DNA of 64,000 bases from Anaerolineales bacterium (GCA_050014055.1 JBEKEB010000001.1:2483-66482), one strand, 5' to 3'. Shown: positions 46,347 through 55,991, counted from the first letter of the stretch. Made by a program: numbers and translations. Notes: generated by a model not told the origin, from the sequence alone.

Positions 46347-48140
46347 TCAAAGAATGTTCAGCCTGAGATGGCGGATCGCCTCAAACCTTTCGATGCTGAC
46401 GTGTCTTGTACGTTCATGAGGGACCAACCAAAGATCTACACATCCAGAATGCTCAGAACAAAATTGAAGATTATTTAGGTTTTACGCGTAAAGCATGTTG
46501 GCGTAAGTGACGGCCTTCATCATAAGGGACTCGATCCTGCCAAAGTCTCCAAGCGATCTCCAGCCAGCGATTGGCCAGCCGCCGATAGGCGTGACTGAGC
46601 GAGTCGCACTGCGGTCGGATGGTTTGGAAGTATGTATTCGCCCAAACCGAGGAGCCGATCGAGCATTTGGCCCATTGTTGGACGATCAGACGAAACTCAT
46701 GATCACAGGCGTAGCGGAAGGAGACATATTTATGTTTGCCGCTGGCTTTGGTGACCGGACAGGTTCCGGCTACACATTGCAAGACCTGTGGGGTTGGATA
46801 GCGCTGGCGGTCGTCTCCAAACTTGGCCAGCAGAGCGGGAGCCAATATTCTCCCAGCTCCCGGCAAGGATGAAAAGATAGGATAATCTGGATGATCCACG
46901 AACAGCTCCTGGGTCTCTTTGAGCGTGGCGGCTTTGTCTTGCACTACCTGCAGAGCTAAATGCGCCAGGCGGACGGCTTCTGATTGATAGGCGAGGACAG
47001 TTTGTTGCTTGGCATCCGGCTGGGGTTTCTGCAAACGTGCGTAACAGGCAGATAATTTGGAAGGTCGAGGGTAGTGATGGAGTTTGGCAAAACTCTTGAA
47101 TTGCTCAATCGTCAGCCCGGTAGCCGCTTCTGGAGTCGGATAAGCACAAATAAACTCCAGCGCAATCTGCTGATCCAGGCTGCTGAATACCCCGGCTGCA
47201 TTCGGATAGTAGCGCCACAGCACATTACGTAAACGATTGGTGGTCTGGATGATCGTGCGAGTGAGAAAACGCTCCAGGCTGACCAAGGACGCAATCTGCT
47301 GGGTCAGCAGACTATCGCTATGCCAGGCATGCAACCGGGCTCGGTCCGTGCGCAGCATATCTGCGATCAGATGGGCATCGCTGCGATCCGTCTTGGCCTT
47401 GCTGGCCCCAAACCTGCCTCGAGAATCTCTGATCATGCTTGGTGGAATAACATAGATCTGCTGATACTGATGGGATGTCAAAAAGTCGATCAACAGATTA
47501 TGCTCCGTTTCTATGCCCACCAGGCAGTCCTCAACACTGACCCCCAATTCCATGCGCTGCTCATCGAATGCCTCAAATCCTGCGGGTGAATGCGGAATGG
47601 TCTGATATAAAATGATCCCTCCTTCCTCGTTCAAATATACGATATCGTGCTTTTGAGTGCTCCAGTCGATTCCGATGTATACTTTCATGAGAACCTCCTT
47701 GAGCATTCCTGGAGGGGCACTGGCCGGTGGATGTTCTCTAGTTATGGCGCTCCTGGCGCAACACGTTTTTGACACTCTGCCGGTTCTACCTGGGGAGCAG
47801 TCTTCTATTGGCGCTCCCAGCGCTGTTTGTTCGGGGCCCTTATTCCCAGGTTAGTGCCAATGGGGTAGACAGATCTTGGTTGGTTCCCATCTCTGTTCTA
47901 CCCCATTTTCGCACTTATGCCGATTGTACGGTAACTAGCTTGTTGAGAGAGAATTTCTCCTCAACGCTTCATGAAGCTGCCAGGAATGCAATCGCAAGAA
48001 GTAACCAGGGGAGTAGGGGAACGCTGTTGAAGTGTGTTGCTGTTGTTCGCAAGGAGTTCGACCGCTGGCAGTCTGTGGCTTGGCTGCTGATCAACCATCG
48101 GTCCACTAGAAACGACCGTGCAAGGCCGGTCCTATAAATA
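46347..48140 (-). mobile_element. IS110-family insertion sequence, copy 2; ends not resolved
   Basis: Transposase gene plus about 450 nt of GC-matched, hairpin-rich upstream leader. Limits are guessed from composition only. Confidence 0.3.
46471..47688 (-). CDS. IS110-family (DEDD) transposase, second and distinct copy
   Basis: MKVYIGIDWSTQKHDIV ... SLPGAGRILAPALLAKFG ... SGKHKYVSFRYACDHEFR. The ATG at 47688 follows AAGGAGG; the ORF-track start at 47775 is judged too long. Confidence 0.9.
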   Translation of the reverse strand: MKVYIGIDWSTQKHDIVYLNEEGGIILYQTIPHSPAGFEAFDEQRMELGVSVEDCLVGIETEHNLLIDFLTSHQYQQIYVIPPSMIRDSRGRFGASKAKTDRSDAHLIADMLRTDRARLHAWHSDSLLTQQIASLVSLERFLTRTIIQTTNRLRNVLWRYYPNAAGVFSSLDQQIALEFICAYPTPEAATGLTIEQFKSFAKLHHYPRPSKLSACYARLQKPQPDAKQQTVLAYQSEAVRLAHLALQVVQDKAATLKETQELFVDHPDYPIFSSLPGAGRILAPALLAKFGDDRQRYPTPQVLQCVAGTCPVTKASGKHKYVSFRYACDHEFRLIVQQWAKCSIGSSVWANTYFQTIRPQCDSLSHAYRRLANRWLEIAWRLWQDRVPYDEGRHLRQHALRVKPK

Positions 48141-48275
48141 TTCTATAGCGATAAGCCTTGACAATATCGCTATCATAGAAGGAGAAAAAGACCATGAGTA
48201 AAGAGATTAGTTTGTTTTGCACCCATTTTTCAGCAGTGAAAGAATGTTTATTAATGTTAAGGTATAATCGCACGC

Positions 48276-49307
48276 ATGTCTGATAACGAACTGAAAGATA
48301 CCCAACCAAATACCGTAAAAACGGAAGCTGCCCCGCCTCCCAGGAAGAAATTCCCGGGTTGGCTGGCAGGGTTGGTTTTGATTGTATTCATCGCCGTCGG
48401 CATTCTGGGCGGGTATGCTTCCGGCATGGGACAACGCTATGCAGCCCAAAGCACGCAGGTAAGCGGACAACTCCTGGAGCAATATCAATTGGGTGTCCAG
48501 GCTGTGAATGCAGGCCAATATAGTGTTGCCAAACAGCATTTCGAATATATCATCCAGAACTATCCAGATTATCCCGGAATAAAGAGTGCGTATACCGATC
48601 TGCTCCTGCACATGATGATAACACCCAGCGAGGTTCCCTCTCCAACTCCGACTATTACCCCCACGCCTGATACACGCAGCATTGATCAGGTTTATGCCGA
48701 TGTTACCGCGCTTCTCTCTGCTCCAGGCGTGGATATGTGTGCCCGCAACTGGGACGATATTATTACCAAGCTTGATACCCTCCGTAAGGACGACATCACC
48801 TATCACGCTGCCATAGTGGATGGAATGTACTACATGGCCCTGCGCAACCGGGGGGTTTGCAAGATCTATCCTCAATCCTATGAGCCAAACTCCTCCTGCA
48901 TGACCCTCAACATAAACCTGGAAGGGGGCATCTACGACCTGACCCAGGCAGAAGGATTTGGACCCCTGGATTCGACTGCCGCGGCACTACGCACCTGGGC
49001 GCGTATGTATATCACCGGTGCGAGTTTCTGGGACCAGGACTGGCCGCAAGCCATTAATTATTTCAGCCAGGTCATGGCCAACTATCCTAATCTGGCGGAT
49101 TCATCCTGTACAACGGCTTCTGAACGTTTCCGGCAGGCCAGTCTCGGTTATGCGCAGCAATTGATAGATAAGGGCGATTACTGCGGTGCCGAAAAACAAT
49201 TCGAGGCGATCTTCTCCACAAACAGCCCGAAAAATGCCACTGCTTACCCCACCGGCACGGAAGCCAACCTTGTTTGTAATGGCGATGTTAATCCACCAAA
49301 ACCATAG
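48276..49307 (+). CDS. Hypothetical membrane-anchored protein (single N-terminal TM helix, TPR-like external domain)
   Basis: 343-aa ORF with TM helix WLAGLVLIVFIAVGILGGYA. No family recognised. Confidence 0.6.
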   Translation: MSDNELKDTQPNTVKTEAAPPPRKKFPGWLAGLVLIVFIAVGILGGYASGMGQRYAAQSTQVSGQLLEQYQLGVQAVNAGQYSVAKQHFEYIIQNYPDYPGIKSAYTDLLLHMMITPSEVPSPTPTITPTPDTRSIDQVYADVTALLSAPGVDMCARNWDDIITKLDTLRKDDITYHAAIVDGMYYMALRNRGVCKIYPQSYEPNSSCMTLNINLEGGIYDLTQAEGFGPLDSTAAALRTWARMYITGASFWDQDWPQAINYFSQVMANYPNLADSSCTTASERFRQASLGYAQQLIDKGDYCGAEKQFEAIFSTNSPKNATAYPTGTEANLVCNGDVNPPKP

Positions 49308-49392
49308 TCTGGCTTGATATACGGCCAACGATGACGAAATAAAGCCAACTGATAGCGCGACGAGACAACGTCGCGCTGCCTTAAAGGAGAGC

Positions 49393-50304
49393 ATGCAAAA
49401 GTACCTGGAGCTCGCCAGACAGGGGAAAAACGAGGCATGGCGCAGCGTTCTGGCGGTCCTGTCAATGCTGATCGCCTGGCAGGTGCTGGGTGCCATGCCC
49501 AGCGCCTTTCTACTGGTCTGGATGGCATTCCATGGTCAGTTGCAAGCTGGTCGCACAGGCGCAGTTCTTCAAGGAATGGACACGCTCGTAGGTTTTATAG
49601 CGCTCATGCTGGCTTCCGTGTTCTTTTTAGGTGGAATTTTTCTTTCCATGCGATTTATCCACCGCCGTCCATTGCGGACGCTGGTAACACCAGCCCGATC
49701 GCTGGACTGGGGACGATTGTTCCAGGGATTTGGAGTCTGGTTTGGATTGGTTGCCCTGATGTCTTTGGTGGAGGCGCTGATTTATCCTGGGCGCTATGCC
49801 TGGACCCTGGATCCGGGCCGGTTTTTCCCATTCCTTTTTCTGGCCTTGATCTTGATTCCCATCCAGACTTCTGCAGAGGAACTGTTTTTCCGGGGCTATG
49901 TATTGCAAGGGATCGGCTTGCATTGGAAGAATATCTGGGTTTTGAGCATTATCTCGGGCCTGCTATTCGGCCTGCCGCATTTATTGAACCCGGAAGCTTC
50001 GGTCAATTATCCCCTATTGGGGTTTTACTATTTTGCCTTTGGATTCTGCCTGGCTTTTATCACCTTGCGGGATGGAAAACTGGAACTGGCTTTGGGTGCG
50101 CATGCCGCTAATAATCTTTTCTCCGTGATTATCGCGAATTATACGATAACTGCATTGCCCTCCCCCTCTCTTTTTACCATTAAAGTATTGGACGCATTCT
50201 TCTCTGTCCCGGTTGCAATTCTGGGGATGGGAATCTTTATACTCCTTTTTATTGGCCCCTGGCGAAGAAAGGAAGCTTTGGAAGAGGTCGAAATTAATTT
50301 CTAA
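49393..50304 (+). CDS. CPBP-family intramembrane glutamic endopeptidase (CAAX protease-like)
   Basis: AEELFFRGY, FGLPHL and HAANN motifs. Confidence 0.8.
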   Translation: MQKYLELARQGKNEAWRSVLAVLSMLIAWQVLGAMPSAFLLVWMAFHGQLQAGRTGAVLQGMDTLVGFIALMLASVFFLGGIFLSMRFIHRRPLRTLVTPARSLDWGRLFQGFGVWFGLVALMSLVEALIYPGRYAWTLDPGRFFPFLFLALILIPIQTSAEELFFRGYVLQGIGLHWKNIWVLSIISGLLFGLPHLLNPEASVNYPLLGFYYFAFGFCLAFITLRDGKLELALGAHAANNLFSVIIANYTITALPSPSLFTIKVLDAFFSVPVAILGMGIFILLFIGPWRRKEALEEVEINF

Positions 50305-51815
50305 CGTGGGGCTGAGTAAAATTTGTCCGGCTCATCCGGGTAATAATATATGATTTGCCGGTTAGGATAGAGGGCGGCCAGTCCGGCATCGCTGATCGAA
50401 CCGTTATTGCTCCAAGCGAAAATAAATGGTGAGGTTAACCATGGATCTTCCAGTTCCAACAGTCCGGCATATTCGGTCCAGATTTTCTGCGTATGAACGA
50501 TGACCAGGGCGGGGGTTTTTGCGCGCGCTTGCGCTGTCAGGAACGGGCTCAGCTGGGCATGATGGACATCGTACAGTCCATAGATCTGGCCGAAGCGTGC
50601 CGGCAGGAAGGCCGCCAGGTTATAACTGACCAGACCTGCCAGTATTGCACCAACCAGGAAAATCCGCAGTTTGTACCAGCCTTGCGCTTTCAAGGAGCCT
50701 GCCAGCCACAAGATCCCGGCCGCGCTGGCCAGTGTCAGCCCATATAAACCTTCATAATAATAGCGGGGGCCATAACGGGTTACACTGGCCCAGTAGAAGA
50801 CATAACAAATTACGAGACAGACAAAAACAGCCATGCTCAGCCAGGCCGCCCGATTCTTACGGAGCGCCCATACACCAAATGGCAAAAAGATCCAGGAATA
50901 GCCGGCCCATCCGAACAAATCCTTGTTGAGATCGGTCAGCATCAAACGCGCGTTGTGGATTCCAAGCTGCAATGTATGCCCTCCCGGTTCCAGGCCGATG
51001 CCGGGTCCGAAACCGATCCGGTCGAAACTCCACCACAGCGTATAAGGATCGGTAAATGGATTGCCGGTGACTGCATATTGCCAGACCAGGAAGAGCGACC
51101 CGACCAGCAACGCAATCGCACCGATCGCCAGGACATGCCGCCTGCCCCCGCCATTTCCGCGCCACAAAAGGACCATTCCATGCAGAAAAAATGGCAAAGA
51201 AACGCCCAGGGCGGTCAGGGGCCGTGTGATCACTAATAATCCTAGGCTCAAACCGGCAACGGAAATAGTCAGCCAGGACGGTATAAACTTCTTTGAGGTT
51301 GGATCCTGCCGGGCTCCCAGGAGGAACGTATCCAGCCAGGCCAGTATAAAAATGATACTTAAAATCAGCGACCAGGAATTGGAATCCAGCGAGCCGGAGA
51401 TCATCAAGAAGAAGGGGGAAGTAACCGTAAGCAGCGCAGCCAGCAAGCCGGTTGCACTGTTGCATATTTTTTGACCTAGTCGGAAGGTCAACCACACCAT
51501 CAGGCCTCCCAGCAAGGGATTCACCCAGGTGCGGATGCCAAGCAGGATGCCCAGGGCCAGTACCATTGGCCAGCCAGGTGGGTACTTGGCGGAGCGATGC
51601 CCGTTGGCGTCCACTACGAATGGAACATACATGCTCTGGGGTTCGGGCGGCGTGGGGGCAGTCATTTGTCCATGTGCAAGGACTTTTGCCTGCCAGACGT
51701 AGGCCATTTCATCTTCCACGTGCGGGACGGCCTCGTAAACCCGTATGGCTACCAGATATGCCGCCACCACCCCGGCCAGGCTGATCAGGAGAGCGATCCA
51801 TTCCGCTTTGCGCAC
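50301..51815 (-). CDS. GT-C fold membrane glycosyltransferase (ArnT/PMT, GT39/GT83-like)
   Basis: 504-aa polytopic protein with first-loop motif VEDEMAYVWQA. Confidence 0.6.
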   Translation of the reverse strand: MRKAEWIALLISLAGVVAAYLVAIRVYEAVPHVEDEMAYVWQAKVLAHGQMTAPTPPEPQSMYVPFVVDANGHRSAKYPPGWPMVLALGILLGIRTWVNPLLGGLMVWLTFRLGQKICNSATGLLAALLTVTSPFFLMISGSLDSNSWSLILSIIFILAWLDTFLLGARQDPTSKKFIPSWLTISVAGLSLGLLVITRPLTALGVSLPFFLHGMVLLWRGNGGGRRHVLAIGAIALLVGSLFLVWQYAVTGNPFTDPYTLWWSFDRIGFGPGIGLEPGGHTLQLGIHNARLMLTDLNKDLFGWAGYSWIFLPFGVWALRKNRAAWLSMAVFVCLVICYVFYWASVTRYGPRYYYEGLYGLTLASAAGILWLAGSLKAQGWYKLRIFLVGAILAGLVSYNLAAFLPARFGQIYGLYDVHHAQLSPFLTAQARAKTPALVIVHTQKIWTEYAGLLELEDPWLTSPFIFAWSNNGSISDAGLAALYPNRQIIYYYPDEPDKFYSAPR

Positions 51816-51829
51816 ATGCCCCCATTCGG

Positions 51830-53191
51830 TTATCTTACGAGAATGCCCGACAGATCGTAGGCCATGGCTCCGGTAATTATTACCGGTACCAGGCTGCCAA
51901 TGGCCGGAAGTTGGTCAGGTTTTTTCGAGCCATCCGGTTCGATCAGCACCAGTCCATCAATTTCCGGCGCATCACGGTACGAGCGCCCCATCGCAATGCC
52001 GTTATTGAACCCTTCAACCAGCACATCCAGTGTCTGTCCGACATATGTCTGATTGATCTGGAGCGAGATGGCTTGCTGGAGCTCCATCAGCCTTTGAAAG
52101 CGTTCCTCTTTGACCTCGGTTGGCACCGAGTCTCCAAGCGCTTCAGAGGCAGTACCGGGTTCAAAGGAGAATTGAAAGGCCCCGGCATGGTCGAAACGCA
52201 TTTCCTCCATGAAATCCAATAGCGCCTGGAATTCCTTTTCCGTTTCCCCCGGATAACCAACGATAAAAACGGTACGGATGGCCAATTTGGGCATGGCCAG
52301 GCGCATTTTTCCGATCGTTGCATGCACCCAATCCATATTGGCCGGGCGGCGCATGCGTGTGAGCGTATCGGGGTGGGCATGCTGGAGCGGAATATCGAGA
52401 TAAGGCAGGATTTGCGGATGGCTGGCCATTACATCGATCAGCCGGTCGGTGACATAGCCAGGAAAAGCGTACAGGATCCGGAGCCAGTCCAACTCCGGCA
52501 TGGCAGTCGTCATTCTTTCGAGCAGGGTCGCCAATCCGTCTTTCATTCCCAGGTCATGCCCATAATCGGTGGTATCCTGGGCAATCAGGATAAGCTCGCG
52601 CACTCCCGACTCGTGCAGACGTTGGGCATCCTCCAGGATCAATTCCGGCGGGCGGCTGACCGCGCTGCCTTTGATGAGCGGGATGGCGCAGAAAGCACAC
52701 GTTCGTCGGCAACCGTCCGCGATCTTCAGGTAGGCGCTGGCTCCGAATCTGTTGGCTCGCACCACGCTAGCGGGGGAGTTTTCCTCCATCAAGGTGGGTG
52801 TTTCCGGTAAATGATATAACGGCTCGGGGTGCTGCCCGTTACGCAGTTCGCGCACAACCCCGACAATATCCATCCAGCGCCGCGTACCGAGAATACCATC
52901 CACGCCGGGTACCCGCTGGGCAACTTCCCGGCCGTATCGCTGGGTGAGACACCCGGCCGCGATGAGCAGTTGCCCCGGGCGTTTGGCTTCGGCCAGTCTT
53001 TGCAGTTCGGAATATGATTCCTCCCGGGCAGTTCCAATGAATCCGCAGGTATTGACTACCAGAATACTGGCCCGCTGCGCACTGCGGACAGGCTGGTAGC
53101 CATCCTGAACCAGCAACTGGGCCATGGAATCAGAATCGACGGTATTCTTTGCGCAACCAAGGGAAATCATATGAAAGGTTTTTGGGTTCAT
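51830..53191 (-). CDS. rimO: Ribosomal protein S12 methylthiotransferase RimO (MiaB-family radical SAM)
   Basis: The UPF0004 N-terminus SLGCAKNTVDS...NTCGFI, the radical-SAM CRRTCAFCAIP, and a TRAM-like C-terminus. Confidence 0.75.
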   Translation of the reverse strand: MNPKTFHMISLGCAKNTVDSDSMAQLLVQDGYQPVRSAQRASILVVNTCGFIGTAREESYSELQRLAEAKRPGQLLIAAGCLTQRYGREVAQRVPGVDGILGTRRWMDIVGVVRELRNGQHPEPLYHLPETPTLMEENSPASVVRANRFGASAYLKIADGCRRTCAFCAIPLIKGSAVSRPPELILEDAQRLHESGVRELILIAQDTTDYGHDLGMKDGLATLLERMTTAMPELDWLRILYAFPGYVTDRLIDVMASHPQILPYLDIPLQHAHPDTLTRMRRPANMDWVHATIGKMRLAMPKLAIRTVFIVGYPGETEKEFQALLDFMEEMRFDHAGAFQFSFEPGTASEALGDSVPTEVKEERFQRLMELQQAISLQINQTYVGQTLDVLVEGFNNGIAMGRSYRDAPEIDGLVLIEPDGSKKPDQLPAIGSLVPVIITGAMAYDLSGILVR

Positions 53192-53276
53192 AACGATAAA
53201 GGCTTCTCCATTTTTTCGTTCACTGAAGCATGCCGGTCAGATCTTGGTCTGGCATGGGAACTATTATAAATACTTC

Positions 53277-54881
53277 CTAAGGCGTCGCTGGAGGCACTAA
53301 CGGCGTGTTGGTTTGGGTTGGGGTGGGAGATTCTCGCGGGGTGATGGTTGGAGTGAGTGTGATGGTCGGCGTTGGTGTATTTGTCGCAGTTGGGTTCAGG
53401 ATGGCATTGGCAGTGTAAATTCGATCCACAACTTCACCAAAACGTCCCATCGGGCCCAGGTTTCCCTGGTTGAATAAGATGCTGATCCCGGCTCCATTTC
53501 CAGTCAATACCTCGATCTGGGTATTCCCGCTGAAAGAGTAAGCCGTACCAATCATGATGCGCCCATCGAATTGGATTTTCCCATCCACCGTAACACGTAA
53601 ATAGGCCTGTTCCAAAGCGACGATGACGATTTGTACCGGTCCAGGCCCGGCCGCCGGGATGGTCCCAATTGCCGTAACACCCGCAGTTGGAATGACCGTT
53701 GCCGTGCCTGCCAGGCTTGGGGTCGGGGTAAGAGTGACAGTCCCGGATAAGCCTGCCAGGATATCGGAAATCGATTGCGCAGTTGATTGAGGAGTGATGG
53801 CCGCGTGCAAGCTGATCACACGACTGGTTCCCCAGATTGCGAAAGCGAACAGGATCAAAATTAAGCCGCCGCCAACCAGTATATCCATGGAAAGAAACCG
53901 CCTCAACCTTGCCGGAATGGTCATCCTGGGAGGGAATTTCGTAGTCGTATTGGGTCGACTTTCGGCCGGCGCGGGCTGTCTCTCCATTCTTTTGGCTTGC
54001 AAACCTTCGGCAAATTGCAGCAGGATGGCGTCCACATCCATATCGAGAAAGTGGGCATAGTTATTCAGCATTCCGCGCGTCTGGACAGAAGAAGGTAAAT
54101 GGTCGAAATCTCCTCGCTCCAATGCCTGCAGGTAATGTTTGCGGACATGTGTGTGACGTTCGATTTCATCCAGGGTCAGGCTGAGAGATTCACGACGCTG
54201 GCGGAGTGTCTGGCCGATGCTGCCAAAAATGCGCTGCGACTCCTGGGTTTCTCCGGAAAGCCTGGTTGCCTGAGAGGATTCTTCCTGCCAATCCTCAACG
54301 GGTTCTTCGGTCGCTTCCTCAAGCGGTTCAGTCTGTACTGCATCGACAGGTTTTTGTTCTTCCGCCAATGGTCCGCCTGAATCAGCCTGCAGTGGGATAA
54401 CCGGTTTAGACTCTACCAGAGGCAGGTTGGGTTGGTTGGATTCAACTAGTCCGGAGGTTTCCTCATGTGCCTTCGCGGGTTTCCGGAGGCGCACGAGCAG
54501 CCCCATGATCTTTTCCTTGATGGAAAAGGAATTGTCTGCCTGCGGTTCACCAACCGGTTCGGCTGTATCCGCCTGAACGGATACTCCAACTGGCTCAGAG
54601 CCCTGGCTCGAAACGGACCCACCGGAGCGCACGGCTGTTGCAGGTTCGCCGGCAGCCAGGCGCTGGCGGGCGATCATTTCATCCAGGGAAAGCCCGAGGA
54701 AGCCAGCATAAGATCGAAGAAAAGCGCGCGCCTGAACCGGCGATGGAAGAGTTTCGAAATCGTCGGCTTCCATCGCCTCAAGCAGGCGCGCCTGGATATG
54801 TGTAACCTGGGTGACTTTTTCTAAAGTCAGGTTGCGCGCTTCGCGGGCTGCTTTGAGTTGCTGACCAATAGTCTCAGGCAT
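53277..54881 (-). CDS. RodZ-like cytoskeleton-associated protein with two HTH modules, a TM helix and a DUF4115-like C-terminus
   Basis: IGQQLKAAREARNLTLEKV... and IGQTLRQRRESLSLTLDEI... modules. TM helix ILVGGGLILILFAFAIWG. YLRVTVDGK beta-rich end. Confidence 0.7.
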   Translation of the reverse strand: MPETIGQQLKAAREARNLTLEKVTQVTHIQARLLEAMEADDFETLPSPVQARAFLRSYAGFLGLSLDEMIARQRLAAGEPATAVRSGGSVSSQGSEPVGVSVQADTAEPVGEPQADNSFSIKEKIMGLLVRLRKPAKAHEETSGLVESNQPNLPLVESKPVIPLQADSGGPLAEEQKPVDAVQTEPLEEATEEPVEDWQEESSQATRLSGETQESQRIFGSIGQTLRQRRESLSLTLDEIERHTHVRKHYLQALERGDFDHLPSSVQTRGMLNNYAHFLDMDVDAILLQFAEGLQAKRMERQPAPAESRPNTTTKFPPRMTIPARLRRFLSMDILVGGGLILILFAFAIWGTSRVISLHAAITPQSTAQSISDILAGLSGTVTLTPTPSLAGTATVIPTAGVTAIGTIPAAGPGPVQIVIVALEQAYLRVTVDGKIQFDGRIMIGTAYSFSGNTQIEVLTGNGAGISILFNQGNLGPMGRFGEVVDRIYTANAILNPTATNTPTPTITLTPTITPRESPTPTQTNTPLVPPATP

Positions 54882-54956
54882 TACTTTAAAGAAACATCAC
54901 CGGCTTCCCCTGCAAGGTTGGTCCGGTGATGGTTGGGATTGGCTCTCTTTGGGAAA

Positions 54957-55505
54957 TCAGGCCTCGGCAGGTGCAGAAGCTTCTTCCGGTACAGCCTCTA
55001 CCGGCATCTTTTCTTCCGGCTTGTCTGCAGGCTGCTCGATGGGCAGGCTGGGTTCCGCCTCGCCTTCCCGGAATACGGTAACTTTTATCTCCGGGATCAG
55101 GTCCATTGTCAGGCGGATGCGCACGCTGTGCTCGCCCAAAGTGCGTAGGGGCTGCATATCCAACTGCTGGCGCTTGACAACGTAACCCGACTTCTTCTGG
55201 ATGGCATCGACAACATCTTGCGAAGTAATCGAGCCATACAGCTTGCCGGTTTCGCCGGCCCGGGCGCCAAAAGTAATCTGGACCTTCTTCAGCGCTTCGG
55301 CAACCACACTCATTTCGTCGTTGAGAATGGTCCGACGCTCGGTGGCTTTCTGGCGGATGCGTTCAGAGGTTTTCATGGCGCCAGGGGTGGCCAGTACCGC
55401 CATTCCCTGCGGAATGAGAAAGTTGCGCCCATAACCATCCGCGACCCTCTTTACATCGCCAGCGCGTCCGAGTTTGTAAACGTCCTTGATGAGTAATACT
55501 TTCAT
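54957..55505 (-). CDS. rplI: 50S ribosomal protein L9 with an acidic/Pro-rich C-terminal tail
   Basis: MKVLLIKDVYKLGRAGDVKRVADGYGRNFLIPQG. Confidence 0.9.
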   Translation of the reverse strand: MKVLLIKDVYKLGRAGDVKRVADGYGRNFLIPQGMAVLATPGAMKTSERIRQKATERRTILNDEMSVVAEALKKVQITFGARAGETGKLYGSITSQDVVDAIQKKSGYVVKRQQLDMQPLRTLGEHSVRIRLTMDLIPEIKVTVFREGEAEPSLPIEQPADKPEEKMPVEAVPEEASAPAEA

Positions 55506-55675
55506 TTCTTTTCAAGCCCTTTCTTTCTGAAGGTTGGGAGCGAAGGGTACAACGCTCCGGGGGCTGATTTTACCAGAGGCCGGCCCGCATGGGAAGGCCT
55601 GGTTTGGACTTGTTTAATATCGTTCCACCTAAGCAACCTCCGGACTGGCGGATTCAGCTTTATTCCTTAATATAA

Positions 55676-55703
55676 CCACCCCTCCTGTTTTCAGGAGGGG
55701 TGG
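55676..55703 (-). terminator. Strong hairpin terminator downstream of the small minus-strand gene
   Basis: ccacccctcctg tttt caggaggggtgg (12-bp stem) with flanking A/T-rich runs. Confidence 0.65.
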
Positions 55704-55721
55704 AATTTTGTCAGATTTAAA

Positions 55722-55991
55722 TCAAGCTTCATTCAGGAAAGAGATGACAGGCGCTCCCTCCACGCCAGCTTTCTCCATCGCCGTCTTCAGTTCGGCCGAT
55801 TGGGCGAATTTTTGTGCTTTCACCAATGAATCCCACTTGAAAAGAAGCGTTATCTTGTTGAGATCGCTGGCATCGCGGAAAATCTGGTCTGAAAGTTCAC
55901 CGCTGGAGTGGCGGAAACCAGCCTCAGAATCATACACTTTTTTCCATGCCGAAAAATCTTTAACGTGATGTTGTGCCAACATGCTTGCCAT
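55722..55991 (-). CDS. Small (89-aa) ferredoxin-like-fold (ABM/Dabb-like) hypothetical protein
   Basis: MASMLAQHHVKDFSAWKKVYD... behind AAGGAGA. The longer ORF-track version (to 56165) has no RBS support. Confidence 0.55.
   Translation of the reverse strand: MASMLAQHHVKDFSAWKKVYDSEAGFRHSSGELSDQIFRDASDLNKITLLFKWDSLVKAQKFAQSAELKTAMEKAGVEGAPVISFLNEA

Noticed and set aside
45683-46478. ORF-track peptides 45683..45979+ and 46296..46478+, which share ...LTG.RPPG.RSAYE.VQ...
   Set aside because: The similarity comes from the two hairpin-element copies. A 1-nt indel between the copies shifts the frame, and substitutions are compensatory in stems rather than codon-patterned, so this is non-coding.
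47769-48137. 122-aa plus-strand ORF in the leader of the second IS110 element.
   Set aside because: It has no RBS and no recognisable domain, and IS110 elements normally carry a single gene. The region is better explained as structured non-coding DNA. I cannot fully exclude a real ORF.
55506-55675. A 170-nt leader upstream of rplI as a possible ribosomal-protein leader RNA.
   Set aside because: I could identify no recognisable conserved structure. It may simply contain the promoter.
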